DNA of 64,000 bases from Microbacterium sp. (GTDB lineage: Bacteria > Actinomycetota > Actinomycetes > Actinomycetales > Microbacteriaceae). Where the stretch lies: NCBI RefSeq assembly GCF_049650565.1, contig NZ_JBASAK010000054.1, forward strand, positions 3,218 to 67,217. Reading direction: 5' to 3'. Positions 6,858-19,659 of the stretch are shown here, piece by piece (the stretch's first letter is position 1; every line of letters starts with the position of its first letter). Under the pieces are notes generated by a model. It saw only the letters and a list, made by a program, of their open reading frames with translations. It made no database searches and had not been told where the DNA came from. The position numbers and the translations under genes were made by a program.

Positions 6858-7346
6858 TCAGCGGGAGATCACCGTGTGACGGTCCGAGCCCTCACCGTAG
6901 GACTCCGAGACCAGACCCCGCTCGGACACGATGTCGTGCACCAGCTTGCGCTCGTACGACGACATCGCGGGCAGGGATGCCTGTGACGCTCCCCCGTCGA
7001 GTTTTGCCACTGCGGCATCCACGAGGGCCGCGAGCTGATGGCGACGAGCGTCGCGCGAGCCGCCGATGTCGAGGATCATCCGCGAGAATGAACCGGTCTT
7101 GCTCTGCACGGCCAGACGCGTCAGCTCCTGCAGCGCCTGAACGGTCTCGGGTGCAGAAAGCGTCGACAGTGAATCGCCCTCCGCCTCGACCGACACGTAC
7201 GCGCGGCCCTGACGCACGTCGAGGTTCAGGTCGCCATCGATGTCGGCGATGTCGAGCAGTTCCTCCAGGAAGTCCGCCGCAACGTCGCCCTCGCGCTCCA
7301 GATCCTCGACCGTCGACTCCGCAGACGCCTTCAGCCCATCAGTCAT
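6858..7346 (-). CDS. jag: Jag/KhpB-type RNA-binding protein (KH plus R3H domains)
   Basis: The C-terminal R3H region is LPAMSSYERKLVHDIVSERGLVSESYGEG. The gene lies immediately downstream of yidC, as in most bacteria. Confidence 0.85.
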   Translation of the reverse strand: MTDGLKASAESTVEDLEREGDVAADFLEELLDIADIDGDLNLDVRQGRAYVSVEAEGDSLSTLSAPETVQALQELTRLAVQSKTGSFSRMILDIGGSRDARRHQLAALVDAAVAKLDGGASQASLPAMSSYERKLVHDIVSERGLVSESYGEGSDRHTVISR

Positions 7347-8419
7347 CAGTTGGACCCCTTCTTCTTCGCACGCTTCTTGCTCATCGGCTGCTCGCGCTTG
7401 GGCGCCTCAGCCTTTGCCCGCTCCGCCTCATCGAGCAGGCGCTGCTGCTCAGCCTCGTACACGGCCATGGGGACGACCTTGCCCTCGGAGTTGATCGCCT
7501 TGCCCTTGGCTGCGAGTCGCTCCTCGCGATGCCGAGCAGCGTCCGATCCCGGCGTCGGCATTTCTCGGATGACCAGGAACTGCTGCGCCATGGTCCACAG
7601 GTTGGAGACGAACCAGTACAGCACCACACCGAGGGGGAAGAACACACCCGAGAAGATGAAGCCCAGCGGCAGGATGTAGAGCATGATCTTCTGCATCTGG
7701 TACGCCTGGCCGGTCTTGGCCTCGGGCGACAGGTTCTTCGAGATGATCTGCAGCTGCGTGTAGAACTGCGAGCCGATCATGAGCACCACGAGCACGATCA
7801 GGATGGTGGCCGTGGCCTCCCACCCAGAGGGCTTGGTCTCCAGGGCCGTGCGCAGGTCGATGTGCAGTGGGGCGACACCGAACAGGGTCGCGTTGTAGAA
7901 GAGCTTGGTCAGCTCCGGACTCAACAGACCGACGCCTCCGACACCGGCCTGCGCGTGGGTCGCGACGTCGCGCAATGTGTAGAACATGCCCAGCAGGAAC
8001 GGCATCTGCACGAGCATCGGCAAACACGACGACACCGGCGTCGTGCCGTGCTTCTTGTACAGCGCCATCGTCTCGCGACTCATGGCCTCGCGACTGAGCT
8101 GGTCGCGCTTGCCCTTGTACTTCTCTTGAACCTTCTTCAGCTGAGGAGCGATCTCCATCATCTTGCGCTGGCTCTTGATCTGCTTCACGAACAGCGGGAA
8201 CACCGCCGCACGGATCACGATCACCAGGCCGACGATGGACAGAACCCAGGTCAGGCCGGATGCCGGCCCGAGCCCGACTGCGGTGAACAGCCAGTGCCAC
8301 GCGACCAGGATCGTCTCGACGATCCACTTGAAGGGCCACAGCAGGATGCTGAAGAAGTCGGTGCCTCCGCCAGCAGTGGCAGGAGGGGTGGTGGCGGCGA
8401 GCAGGAGGTCAGAACCCAC
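7346..8419 (-). CDS. yidC: membrane protein insertase YidC
   Basis: The polytopic product has YidC/Oxa1 core features ([40 protein letters not shown]) and a basic C-terminal tail. The yidD-yidC-jag order is conserved. Confidence 0.92.
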
Positions 8420-8774
8420 TATTCATTTCCTTTCGAGCGGGTACGACGAACCCGCGTCGGGTCAGTTCGTAGCGGAAGTGAGCATGAGAGTGGACGTCGT
8501 CGACGCCCCCCTTGCTCCACGGATTGCAGCGCAGGATGCGCCAGGCGGAGAGAACCGTCCCCCACACGGCGCCGTGCTGCTGAACCGCACCTACAGCGTA
8601 TGCGGAACAGGACGGGTAATACCTGCAGACGTCACCGTACATCGGGGACACGATCGCCCGGTAGACGACGAGGAACGCGAGAACCGCGTTCCGGGGCAGC
8701 AGCAGGATGCCGCGGAGCAGATCGGATGCCCGGAAGCGAGCCGTTCCGAAAGCATAGGAGGGCAGCGCACTCAT
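8409..8774 (-). CDS. yidD: membrane protein insertion efficiency factor YidD
   Basis: The signature is [31 protein letters not shown]. The ATG at 8774 overlaps the rnpA stop (ATGA). The track ORF is over-extended to 9053. Confidence 0.85.
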
Positions 8775-9121
8775 GAGCGCACCGCGCCGGCGACCAGCCG
8801 GTTCAGGCAGCGCACCACATCGGAACGCAGTTCGGTGAAGTCGGCATGCGCAGATGCCGGAAGGGCACGGATGACGACATCCGTGCCCTCGGGGACAGTT
8901 TCGAGGAACTCCGCACACACCGCTTTCAGGCGACGACGAACGGTGTTGCGAACCACGGCGGTTCCTACCTGCTTGCTGATGATGAACCCGAATCGAGGCG
9001 CACGCGCTTCGGCTGCGGGCAGCACAGACGTCACCAGGCGCGATCCACCGCATCGCGAACCACGGCGCACGACCTGTCGGTAGTCGGCACCGCGCGTCAG
9101 TCGATTCGGCCGGGCGAGCAC
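8771..9121 (-). CDS. rnpA: ribonuclease P protein component
   Basis: The 116-aa basic protein contains [14 protein letters not shown] and lies directly downstream of rpmH. Confidence 0.88.
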
Positions 9122-9139
9122 GGCGAGTCCGGACGCGGC

Positions 9140-9277
9140 TTACGCCGAGAGCTCAGCGCGGCCCTTCGCGCGGCGTGCCGAAAGAATGGCGCGGCCGGCG
9201 CGGGTGCGCATACGGGCGCGGAAGCCGTGCTTCTTGGCGCGACGGCGGTTGTTGGGCTGGAAGGTGCGCTTGCTCAT
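9140..9277 (-). CDS. rpmH: 50S ribosomal protein L34
   Basis: This gene is not in the ORF track because it is shorter than 60 aa. My manual translation is [45 protein letters not shown] (45 aa). Confidence 0.95.
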
Positions 9278-9436
9278 GGAATCACTCCGGAAATGGTGTC
9301 ACCGGGGTTCTGCATCCGGAGACAGGGGGGTACTGCCGTTAGGCATAAGTCAACCGATTAAGGGTACGACCTGCCGTCGCGCAGGGCAAATCCACCGCTG
9401 AGTGCCACTATGCCCCTCACCAGTTGCGCACACCCA

Positions 9437-9579
9437 TTATCCACAACTGTGAACAGCTCGACCGATCACGACACACCCGCGTGTTTCCGCGCACGGCTTG
9501 CTGTTCCGTCGTGCTGTGACTACCGTGGCATCCGACGTTATCCACAGGGGGAGAACACGCTTCGCGCGCCTTTTCCACA
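9437..9579. promoter_or_regulatory. DnaA boxes in the rpmH-dnaA intergenic/dnaA promoter region
   Basis: The boxes are TTATCCACA at 9437-9445 and 9538-9546, and TTTTCCACA at 9571-9579. Confidence 0.75.
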
Positions 9580-9596
9580 ACCTCGCCCGGAGCACC

Positions 9597-10988
9597 ATGA
9601 CCACTGCAGCCCACCCCGACGTGCCGATCTGGTCTGACCTGCTCGAACGACTCGGGGAAGACGACCGCGTCTCGCCGCAGCTGCACGGCTTCCTCAGCCT
9701 GGTCGTCCCGGCCGGGATCATGGGCGGAGTCCTCTACCTGGACGTGCCGAACGACCTCACCGCGGCGCAGATCAACAAGCGCCTGCGCATCCCGATCATG
9801 GAGGGGCTCTCGTCGATCGGCGAGGAGGTCACCTCGTATCGGACCGTCGTCAACCACGAACTCGCCGACCAGCCGGCCGCATCCATCGCCGTTCCCGACT
9901 TCGCCTCCCCCGAGCCCGTCCGCACGGAGAGCCCGGTCGAGCCCGCCCAGCCGTCGCGCCACGAGTCGCGACTGAACCCGAAGTACACCTTCGACAACTT
10001 CGTGATCGGTCAGTCCAACCGCTTCGCGCACGCCGCAGCCGTCGCCGTGGCCGAAGCACCGGCGAAGGCGTACAACCCCCTTTTCATCTATGGCGACTCG
10101 GGCCTCGGAAAGACCCACCTGCTGCATGCGATCGGCGATTACGCCCAGTCGCTGTACGCCGGGGTCAAGGTCCGCTACGTCTCCAGCGAGGAGTTCACGA
10201 ACGACTTCATCAACTCGATCGCCAACAACCGTGGCGCCGCCTTCCAGAGCAGGTACCGCGAAGTCGACATCCTGATGATCGACGACATCCAGTTCCTGCA
10301 GGGGCGCGCCGAGACCCAGGAGGCGTTCTTCCACACCTTCAACCAGCTGCACGACCACAACAAGCAGGTCGTGATCACCAGCGATGTCGCCCCGAAGCTG
10401 CTCACGGGGTTCGAGGATCGGATGCGCAGCCGGTTCGAGTGGGGTCTGATCACCGACGTGCAGGCCCCCGACTTGGAGACCCGCATCGCGATCCTGCGCA
10501 AGAAGGCGCAGAGCGAGTCGCTGCACATCCCCGACGAGGTGCTCGAGTACATCGCGACTGTCGTCTCGTCCAACATCCGCGAGCTGGAGGGCGCTCTCAT
10601 CCGCGTCTCGGCGTTCGCCAGCCTGAACCGCTCGGCCCTGGACATCTCCCTCGCGCAGACCGTGCTGCGGGACATCGTCGACACGACCGAGGACAACGTC
10701 ATCGCGCCGACGGACATCATCACCTCGACTGCCGGCTACTTCAAGCTCACCGTCGACGACCTGTACGGGTCCAGCCGCTCGCAGCAGATCGCCCTTGCAC
10801 GCCAGATCGCCATGTACCTGTGCCGCGAGCGCACCAACCTGTCACTGCCGAAGATCGGCCAGCTGTTCGGCAACCGCGACCACACCACCGTGATGTACGC
10901 GTGCAAGAAGATCAGCGAGCTCATGAAGGAGCGCCGCTCGGTCTACAACCAGGTGACGGAGATCACGACGCAGATCAGCCGTCGCTGA
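9597..10988 (+). CDS. dnaA: chromosomal replication initiator DnaA
   Basis: The product has the Walker A GDSGLGKTHLLHA, the AAA+ motif ILMIDDIQFL, and the C-terminal DNA-binding region DHTTVMYACKKI. The ATG at 9597 removes a non-protein-like leader from the track ORF. Confidence 0.96.
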   Translation: MTTAAHPDVPIWSDLLERLGEDDRVSPQLHGFLSLVVPAGIMGGVLYLDVPNDLTAAQINKRLRIPIMEGLSSIGEEVTSYRTVVNHELADQPAASIAVPDFASPEPVRTESPVEPAQPSRHESRLNPKYTFDNFVIGQSNRFAHAAAVAVAEAPAKAYNPLFIYGDSGLGKTHLLHAIGDYAQSLYAGVKVRYVSSEEFTNDFINSIANNRGAAFQSRYREVDILMIDDIQFLQGRAETQEAFFHTFNQLHDHNKQVVITSDVAPKLLTGFEDRMRSRFEWGLITDVQAPDLETRIAILRKKAQSESLHIPDEVLEYIATVVSSNIRELEGALIRVSAFASLNRSALDISLAQTVLRDIVDTTEDNVIAPTDIITSTAGYFKLTVDDLYGSSRSQQIALARQIAMYLCRERTNLSLPKIGQLFGNRDHTTVMYACKKISELMKERRSVYNQVTEITTQISRR

Positions 10989-11041
10989 ACGCGCCGGTCG
11001 CGAGGCCCCGACACGCCTGTCGCCGTGCGGGATCGCGCCAG

Positions 11042-11275
11042 TTGTCCGCAGGGCTTGTGGATAACTTGTGGAAAGATCGCCATCCGGATGCCGTCGAGCA
11101 GACGTCCCTGTGGAAAACCCACGGTCGGCGATCAGACGCCGATACCCCCGGAACCCGCGGATTCCTCAGGGTCTCCACATGTCACACGGCTGTAGTTTCC
11201 TACTCCCTGCTGATATCCACCGACTTATCCACAGTATCCACAGCTGTTAACACCGTTAAGAGATCTCTCTCAATC
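11042..11275. other. oriC candidate: DnaA-box cluster plus a lower-GC stretch between dnaA and dnaN
   Basis: The boxes are:
- TTGTCCGCA at 11042
- TGTGGATAA at 11056
- TGTGGAAAG at 11067
- TGTGGAAAA at 11109
- GTCTCCACA at 11171
- ATATCCACC at 11213
- TTATCCACA at 11225
- GTATCCACA at 11234

The cluster is followed by GTTAACACCGTTAAGAGATCTCTCTCAATCC. Confidence 0.8.
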
Positions 11276-11420
11276 CAGGGCTCCCCGATCACCAGACGGG
11301 TGTGGACGCACCACACCGGAACCCGCCACGGCGGTGGACACCCGCACGCACCGTACGACTAGCATGGGATCGCCTGCAGTGGGCCCACTGCGCAAGGTGA
11401 AGTGCAACGAGGGAGCGCCC

Positions 11421-12563
11421 GTGAGGTTCCAGGTCAACCGCGATGTTTTCAGCGAGGCTGTGTCCTTCGTCGTCAAGCTGCTGCCGCAGCGCAATCCGCA
11501 GCCGATCCTGGCGGGTGTGCTCATCGAGGCTGGAGAGCAGGGACTGACACTCTCGGCCTTCGACTACGAGGCATCCGCGCGGACCACCATCGAGGCCAGC
11601 GTCGACGAGCCAGGCACGATCCTCGTGCATGGCCGGCTGCTCTCCGACATCGCCAGCCGTCTGCCCAACGCGCCGATCGAGATCGCCGTCGAGGAGGATG
11701 GCGGCATCGCCGTCACCTGCGGGTCCGCGCGCTTCACCCTGGCCGCCATGCCCGTGGAGGAGTACCCCTCGATCCCCGAGGTCACCGGTTCCACGGGTGT
11801 CGTGCCGGCCGAGGAGTTCGGAACCGCGATCGCACAGGTCGCGTTCGCGGCATCCCGCGACGACGTCACCCCGGTGCTGACCGGTGTGCAGCTCGAGGTG
11901 TCGGGCACGACGCTGAGCATGGTCGCCACCGACCGCTACCGCGTCTCGTTGCGCGACGTTCCGTGGGACGGCGAGGGCGCCGAGCAGACCGCGCTGGTTC
12001 CGGCCCGCACCCTCACCGAGGTCGGCAAGACGTTCGCGCACGCCGGAAACATCGAGATCGCGTTCTCGGGTGCCGGCGATCGCGAGATCATCGCGTTCAC
12101 CGCGGGCAACAAGACGGTGACCTCTCTCCTGATCAAGGGTAATTTCCCGCCCGTGCGCCGGCTGTTCCCCGAGCAGACCGACCACTACGCGGTGGTTAAC
12201 ACCGGCGAGCTCATCGAGGCCGTCCGCCGCGTCGCGCTGGTGCTGGATCGTTCAGCGCCGCTGCGGTTCACATTCAGCACGGACAGCGTCACGATGGATG
12301 CCTCCGGAAGTGAGCAGGCTCGGGCATCCGAGTCGGTCGACGCGCACCTGACCGGTGGCGACGACGTCACTCTCGGCCTGAACCCGCAGTATCTGCTCGA
12401 GGCTCTCGGTGCAGTGAAGAGCGAGTTCACGCGCGTGACGTTCACCTCGAGCGACAACGCCAACAAGCTCAGCCCCGTGCTCGTGACCAGCCAGACATCC
12501 GTGGACCAGGCCGGCCTCGACTCGTACAAGTACCTGCTGCAGCCCAACCTGCTGCTGCGCTGA
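11421..12563 (+). CDS. dnaN: DNA polymerase III beta sliding clamp
   Basis: The N-terminus VRFQVNRDVFSEAVSFVVKLLP is typical of DnaN. GTG at 11421 follows GAGGGAG. The 380-aa length and the dnaA-dnaN-recF order fit. Confidence 0.93.
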   Translation: MRFQVNRDVFSEAVSFVVKLLPQRNPQPILAGVLIEAGEQGLTLSAFDYEASARTTIEASVDEPGTILVHGRLLSDIASRLPNAPIEIAVEEDGGIAVTCGSARFTLAAMPVEEYPSIPEVTGSTGVVPAEEFGTAIAQVAFAASRDDVTPVLTGVQLEVSGTTLSMVATDRYRVSLRDVPWDGEGAEQTALVPARTLTEVGKTFAHAGNIEIAFSGAGDREIIAFTAGNKTVTSLLIKGNFPPVRRLFPEQTDHYAVVNTGELIEAVRRVALVLDRSAPLRFTFSTDSVTMDASGSEQARASESVDAHLTGGDDVTLGLNPQYLLEALGAVKSEFTRVTFTSSDNANKLSPVLVTSQTSVDQAGLDSYKYLLQPNLLLR

Positions 12564-12633
12564 TCGCGTCCGCCGCCGCGGGGCGCGGTCGCGACCTCCC
12601 GTCGTGTCCGACCCCGAAGGTAGGCTGAGCCTC

Positions 12634-13806
12634 GTGATTGTGGAGCACCTGAACCTGGTCGACTTCCGCAATTACGCGACCGCCGATCTGGCACTGCATC
12701 CGGGCCCGAATGTACTGGTCGGCAGCAACGGCCAGGGCAAGACGAACCTTGCCGAGGCCATCGTCTTCCTCGCGACTCTGGGCTCCCACCGGGTGTCATC
12801 AGATGCCCCGATGGTGCGCGACGGCGAGGAGTTCGCAGTCATCCGCGCCCGTCTCGTGCACGGTGAGCGCAGGGTGCTCGTCGAGGTGCAGCTGAATCGG
12901 CAGGGCTCGAACAAGGCGCGCATCAACGGCTCCCCTTCGAAGACCAACGAGCTTCCGCGCTACGCGCACGTCGTCCTGTTCGCGCCCGAGGACCTGCAGA
13001 TCGTGCGCGGTGACCCGTCCTCGCGCAGAAGATTCGCTGATCAGCTGCTGATCCAGCGCACCCCGCGGATGGCCGGCGTGATCGCCGACTACGAACGGGT
13101 GCTGCGTCAGCGCACGGCGCTGCTGAAGTCCGCCCGTGCCCGTGGAATCCGAGGCGAAGGCCTGGCCACGCTCGACGTCTGGGACGACAAGCTCGTCGCG
13201 CTCGGCTCGGAGATCATCCATGCGCGCCTCCGCCTGGCATCCGATCTGCAGGGTCCGGTGACCGATGCCTACGCGGCCATCGCCGGCGCGGACCACCGCC
13301 CGAAGCTGGAGTGGGCGCTGTCGGTGCGGGGCGGCGATCCGGAGGAGGAAGACTCTGCGCTCGGCTCGGCGACCCAGGAGGAAGTGCGCGGCGAGATCGC
13401 CGACCAGTTCCGTGCGGCGCTGCAGGCGAAGAGAAGCAAGGAGCTCGAGCGCGGACTGACCCTGGTGGGCCCGCACCGCGACGACCTCATCCTGCGGGTG
13501 CGGGATCTGCCGGTGAAGGGGTACGCCTCGCACGGCGAGTCCTGGTCTGTCGCGCTGGCTCTGCGACTGGCGTCCGCCGAACTTCTGCGCGCCGAGTCTC
13601 CCGCCGGTGACCCTGTGCTGATCCTCGATGACGTGTTCGCCGAGCTCGACGCCGACCGCCGCCAGCGCTTGGCAGCCATCACGGTCGGCTACGAGCAGGT
13701 CATCGTCACCGCGGCGGTCGAAGCAGACATCCCCGAGGCCCTGCACCGCCATGTGGTGCGGATCCATGCGGGCACCATCAGCGACGAGAGGGACCCGGAT
13801 GATTGA
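12634..13806 (+). CDS. recF: DNA replication/repair protein RecF
   Basis: The product has the Walker A GSNGQGKTNLAEA, the signature GESWSVALALRLA, and the Walker B LILDDVFAELD. The start is uncertain. GTG at 12634 follows GAAGGTAGG, and the track start is 12604. Confidence 0.92.
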   Translation: MIVEHLNLVDFRNYATADLALHPGPNVLVGSNGQGKTNLAEAIVFLATLGSHRVSSDAPMVRDGEEFAVIRARLVHGERRVLVEVQLNRQGSNKARINGSPSKTNELPRYAHVVLFAPEDLQIVRGDPSSRRRFADQLLIQRTPRMAGVIADYERVLRQRTALLKSARARGIRGEGLATLDVWDDKLVALGSEIIHARLRLASDLQGPVTDAYAAIAGADHRPKLEWALSVRGGDPEEEDSALGSATQEEVRGEIADQFRAALQAKRSKELERGLTLVGPHRDDLILRVRDLPVKGYASHGESWSVALALRLASAELLRAESPAGDPVLILDDVFAELDADRRQRLAAITVGYEQVIVTAAVEADIPEALHRHVVRIHAGTISDERDPDD

Positions 13807-14284
13807 CCCGCAGCCTCCCGAGACCGTCGCGACCTACCTGAGGCTGCGCGGCCTGAAGCCCAGCTCGAGGAACTGGAAGCGGCGCAAGCGCATCCAGATC
13901 GACGACGACCATGCGCCGTTCACCAAGGGACGCGATCCCGGCACTCTCGGCGATGTGCTGGCGAAGCTCACGAAGGATTCCGGCTGGGAGAAGACGCTCG
14001 CAGCCGAAGACCTGGTGCGGCAGTGGGCGGAGCTGGCGGGCGAGGACACCGCCAAGCACTCCGAACCCGTGTCGCTGCAGCACGGCGTGCTGACCGTGAA
14101 GTGCGACTCGACGGCCTGGGCGAAGAACCTGCAGTTCATGCGCGGCGTCATCATGACCGAGATCGGCAACCGCTATCCCGATGCCGGAGTCGAGAACCTC
14201 CGCTTCATCGGGCCGGACGTGCCGTCGTGGAAGTGGGGACCCCGCGTCGTGCCCGGACGCGGTCCACGTGACACCTATGGGTAG
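13799..14284 (+). CDS. DUF721 domain protein (DciA-like; position equivalent to M. tuberculosis Rv0004)
   Basis: The ATG at 13799 overlaps the recF stop (ATGATTGA). The 161-aa product contains LTVKCDSTAWAKNLQFM, typical of DUF721. The gene holds the conserved slot between recF and gyrB. Confidence 0.8.
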   Translation: MIDPQPPETVATYLRLRGLKPSSRNWKRRKRIQIDDDHAPFTKGRDPGTLGDVLAKLTKDSGWEKTLAAEDLVRQWAELAGEDTAKHSEPVSLQHGVLTVKCDSTAWAKNLQFMRGVIMTEIGNRYPDAGVENLRFIGPDVPSWKWGPRVVPGRGPRDTYG

Positions 14285-14384
14285 GTCATCGTAAGCGCAC
14301 CCTCAAGCGCTCAGAACGCATCACACGGCGTTTGAGCGCTAGGTATCACCTCGAAACCCGTTAGAATGGACGGGTACCTTCGAT

Positions 14385-16490
14385 GTGGAGAACATTTTGA
14401 CGCCTGAAACCCCTGCCGACGAAAACGACGCTTCGACAAGCTCAGCGACCCAGGGCGGAGGGGGTTCCGTCTCCCAGGATGCGCCGAGCCACGAATCCAC
14501 GAAAGTCACCAACGACTACGGCGCCGACGCGATCCAGATCCTCGAGGGTCTCGAAGCCGTCCGCAAGCGCCCCGGCATGTACATCGGCTCGACGGGACCG
14601 CGCGGCCTGCACCACCTGGTGTACGAGATCGTCGACAACTCCGTCGACGAGGCGCTGGCCGGCCACGCCGACAACATCGAGGTCACCATCCTCGCCGACG
14701 GCGGCATCCGCGTCGAAGACAACGGGCGCGGCATCCCGGTAGACCCGCACAAGTCCGACCCCACCAAGTCCACCGTCGAGGTGGTGCTGACCATCCTGCA
14801 CGCCGGCGGAAAGTTCGGCGGCGGCGGATATGCGGTCTCGGGCGGTCTGCACGGCGTCGGCTCGTCGGTGGTGAACGCGCTGTCCACCCGCTTCGACGTG
14901 GAGATCAAGCGCAAGGGCCACGTCTGGCGCCACAGCTTCGCGAACGGCGGCGTGCCGCAGCAGAAGCTCATCAAGGGCGAGGCGACCGAGGGCACCGGAA
15001 CCGTCATCACCTTCTGGCCGGATCCTGCGATCTTCACCGAAGGCGTCGAGTTCGACTACGAGACGCTGCGCACCCGCTTCCAGCAGATGGCGTTCCTGAA
15101 CAAGGGGCTGCGCATCGCGCTGCACGACGAGCGCCCCTCGTCCGCCTACGAGGTGGACACCGAGGACGGCACCACGGTCACCAAGCAGCCGTCGAACGTC
15201 TTCCTGTACGAGCGCGGTCTGGTCGACTACGTCGAGTACCTCAACAGGGCCCGCAAGGCCGAGGTGGTCAACGAGGAGATCATCGACTTCGAGTCGGAGG
15301 ACACCGAGCGGCACATCTCGCTCGAGGTGGCGATGCAGTGGACGACTTCGTACACGGAGAACGTGTTCACCTACGCGAACACGATCAACACGCACGAGGG
15401 CGGCACGCATGAGGAGGGCTTCCGTGCGGCGCTGACGGGTCTGATCAACCGCTACGCCCGGGCCAACAGCATCCTCAAGGAGAAGGACGACAACCTCTCC
15501 GGCGACGACGTGCGCGAGGGCCTGACCGCGGTCATCTCGGTCAAGCTCAGCGAGCCGCAGTTCGAGGGCCAGACCAAGACCAAGCTCGGCAACACCGAGG
15601 CCAAGGCGTTCGTGCAGAAGATCGTGAACGATCAGCTCGGCGACTGGCTGGACCGCAACCCCGCGCAGGCCAAGAACATCATCCGCAAGTCGATCGACGC
15701 GGCCAACGCCCGCATCGCCGCCCGCAAGGCGCGCGAGACCGCCCGCCGCAAGAGCGTCTTCGAGTCCGCGGCCATGCCCGACAAGCTCAAGGACTGCACG
15801 AGCAAGGACCCGTCCATCAGCGAGATCTTCCTCGTCGAGGGCGACTCGGCAGGCGGCTCGGCCGTGCAGGGTCGCGACCCGCACACGCAGGCGATCCTCG
15901 CGCTGCGCGGCAAGATCCTCAACGTCGAGCGCGCGCGTCTGGACAAGGCCCTGGCCAACAAGGAGGTCCAGGCGATGATCCAGGCCTTCGGCACGGGCAT
16001 CGGCGAGGACTTCGACATCGACAAGGCCCGGTACCACAAGATCGTGCTGATGGCGGATGCCGATGTCGACGGCCAGCACATCGCCACGCTGCTGCTGACG
16101 CTGCTGTTCCGCTACATGCGCGGGCTCATCGAGGCCGGTTTCGTCTACCTCGCGATGCCGCCGCTGTACCGGCTGAAGTGGACCAACTCCCCGCACGAGT
16201 ACGTGTTCAGCGACGAGGAGCGCGACGCGCTGCTGCAGTACGGCAGCGAGAACGGCAAGCGCCTGCCGAAGGATGCCGGCATCCAGCGCTACAAGGGTCT
16301 CGGCGAGATGAACCCGAAGGAGCTGTGGGAGACCACGATGGATCACTCCACGCGGACCCTCAAGCAGGTCACCATCGACGACGCCGCTGCCGCGGACGAG
16401 ATCTTCAGCGTGCTGATGGGCGAGGACGTCGAGTCGCGACGCACCTTCATCCAGCGCAACGCCAAGGACGTCCGCTTCCTCGACATCTGA
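14385..16490 (+). CDS. gyrB: DNA gyrase subunit B
   Basis: The motifs are [27 protein letters not shown], the Toprim motif [11 protein letters not shown], and [11 protein letters not shown]. Confidence 0.97.
14429..14455. repeat. hairpin repeat family B, single arm plus loop, inside the gyrB 5' coding region
   Basis: CGCTTCGACAAGCTCAGCGACCCAGGG is the reverse complement of CCCTGGGTCGCTGAGCTTGTCGAAGCG. It closely matches 2415-2440 and 60491-60515. Confidence 0.75.
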
Positions 16491-16524
16491 CCCCCCTCCC
16501 CACCCACACCATCGGGTCGGGCAA

Positions 16525-16560
16525 CAACAGCACAAGCACGTACAACAGCACAAGCACGTA
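16525..16560. repeat. perfect 18-bp tandem duplication in the gyrB-gyrA spacer
   Basis: CAACAGCACAAGCACGTA occurs twice, at 16525-16542 and 16543-16560. Confidence 0.9.
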
Positions 16561-16687
16561 GGACGGAGGAACCTTCTCGGAGCGAGCATCGGGGTGGCGC
16601 GCCAGCGCCGGGGCCCCCGCTCTGCGAGCGAAGAGAAGGCTCCGGAGTCCGGCAGTACCAGCATCCGAAAGCTGAGAAGAAGCGAAC

Positions 16688-19234
<2,547 letters not shown>

Positions 19235-19253
19235 CCCCGAAGAGAGCTGAGCA

Positions 19254-19658
19254 ATGAGCACAGTCGCAGACAAGCTGGCGAAGAAGTCCACCCGCCGCAG
19301 CGGTGGCAAGCAGGTGCGCCTGCGTCTGGTCTACGTCGACTTCTGGTCCGCGGTCAAGCTCTCCTTCCTGGGGGCGGTGGCGCTGGCGATCGTCACGATG
19401 GTGTCGTTCTTCCTGGTGTACCTGGTGCTGGACGCCACCGGCGTGCTGTCGCAGACCAGCAAGATCCTGGACTCGATCACCGACGGATCCATCGACCTGC
19501 AGGGCCTGATCGGCCTGCCGCAGGTGATGGCATTCGGTGCGGTGGTCTCGATCCTGAACCTCATCGTGTTCACCGTGCTGGGAGCCGTGGTGGCGGGCAT
19601 CTACAACATGGCGGTGAAGGTGACCGGCGGGCTGCTCGTCGGCTTCATGTCGAACTGA
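19254..19658 (+). CDS. DUF3566-type membrane protein (Rv0007-like)
   Basis: The 134-aa product has two hydrophobic helices and the motif VRLRLVYVDFWSAVKLSFL. It lies immediately after gyrA, as in other actinobacteria. Confidence 0.75.
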   Translation: MSTVADKLAKKSTRRSGGKQVRLRLVYVDFWSAVKLSFLGAVALAIVTMVSFFLVYLVLDATGVLSQTSKILDSITDGSIDLQGLIGLPQVMAFGAVVSILNLIVFTVLGAVVAGIYNMAVKVTGGLLVGFMSN

Positions 19659-19659
19659 G

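Noticed and set aside
6779-8776. 665-aa plus-strand ORF
   Set aside because: The ORF is antisense to jag, yidC and yidD, all of which carry clear family motifs. The translation is dominated by Arg, Pro, His and Asp.
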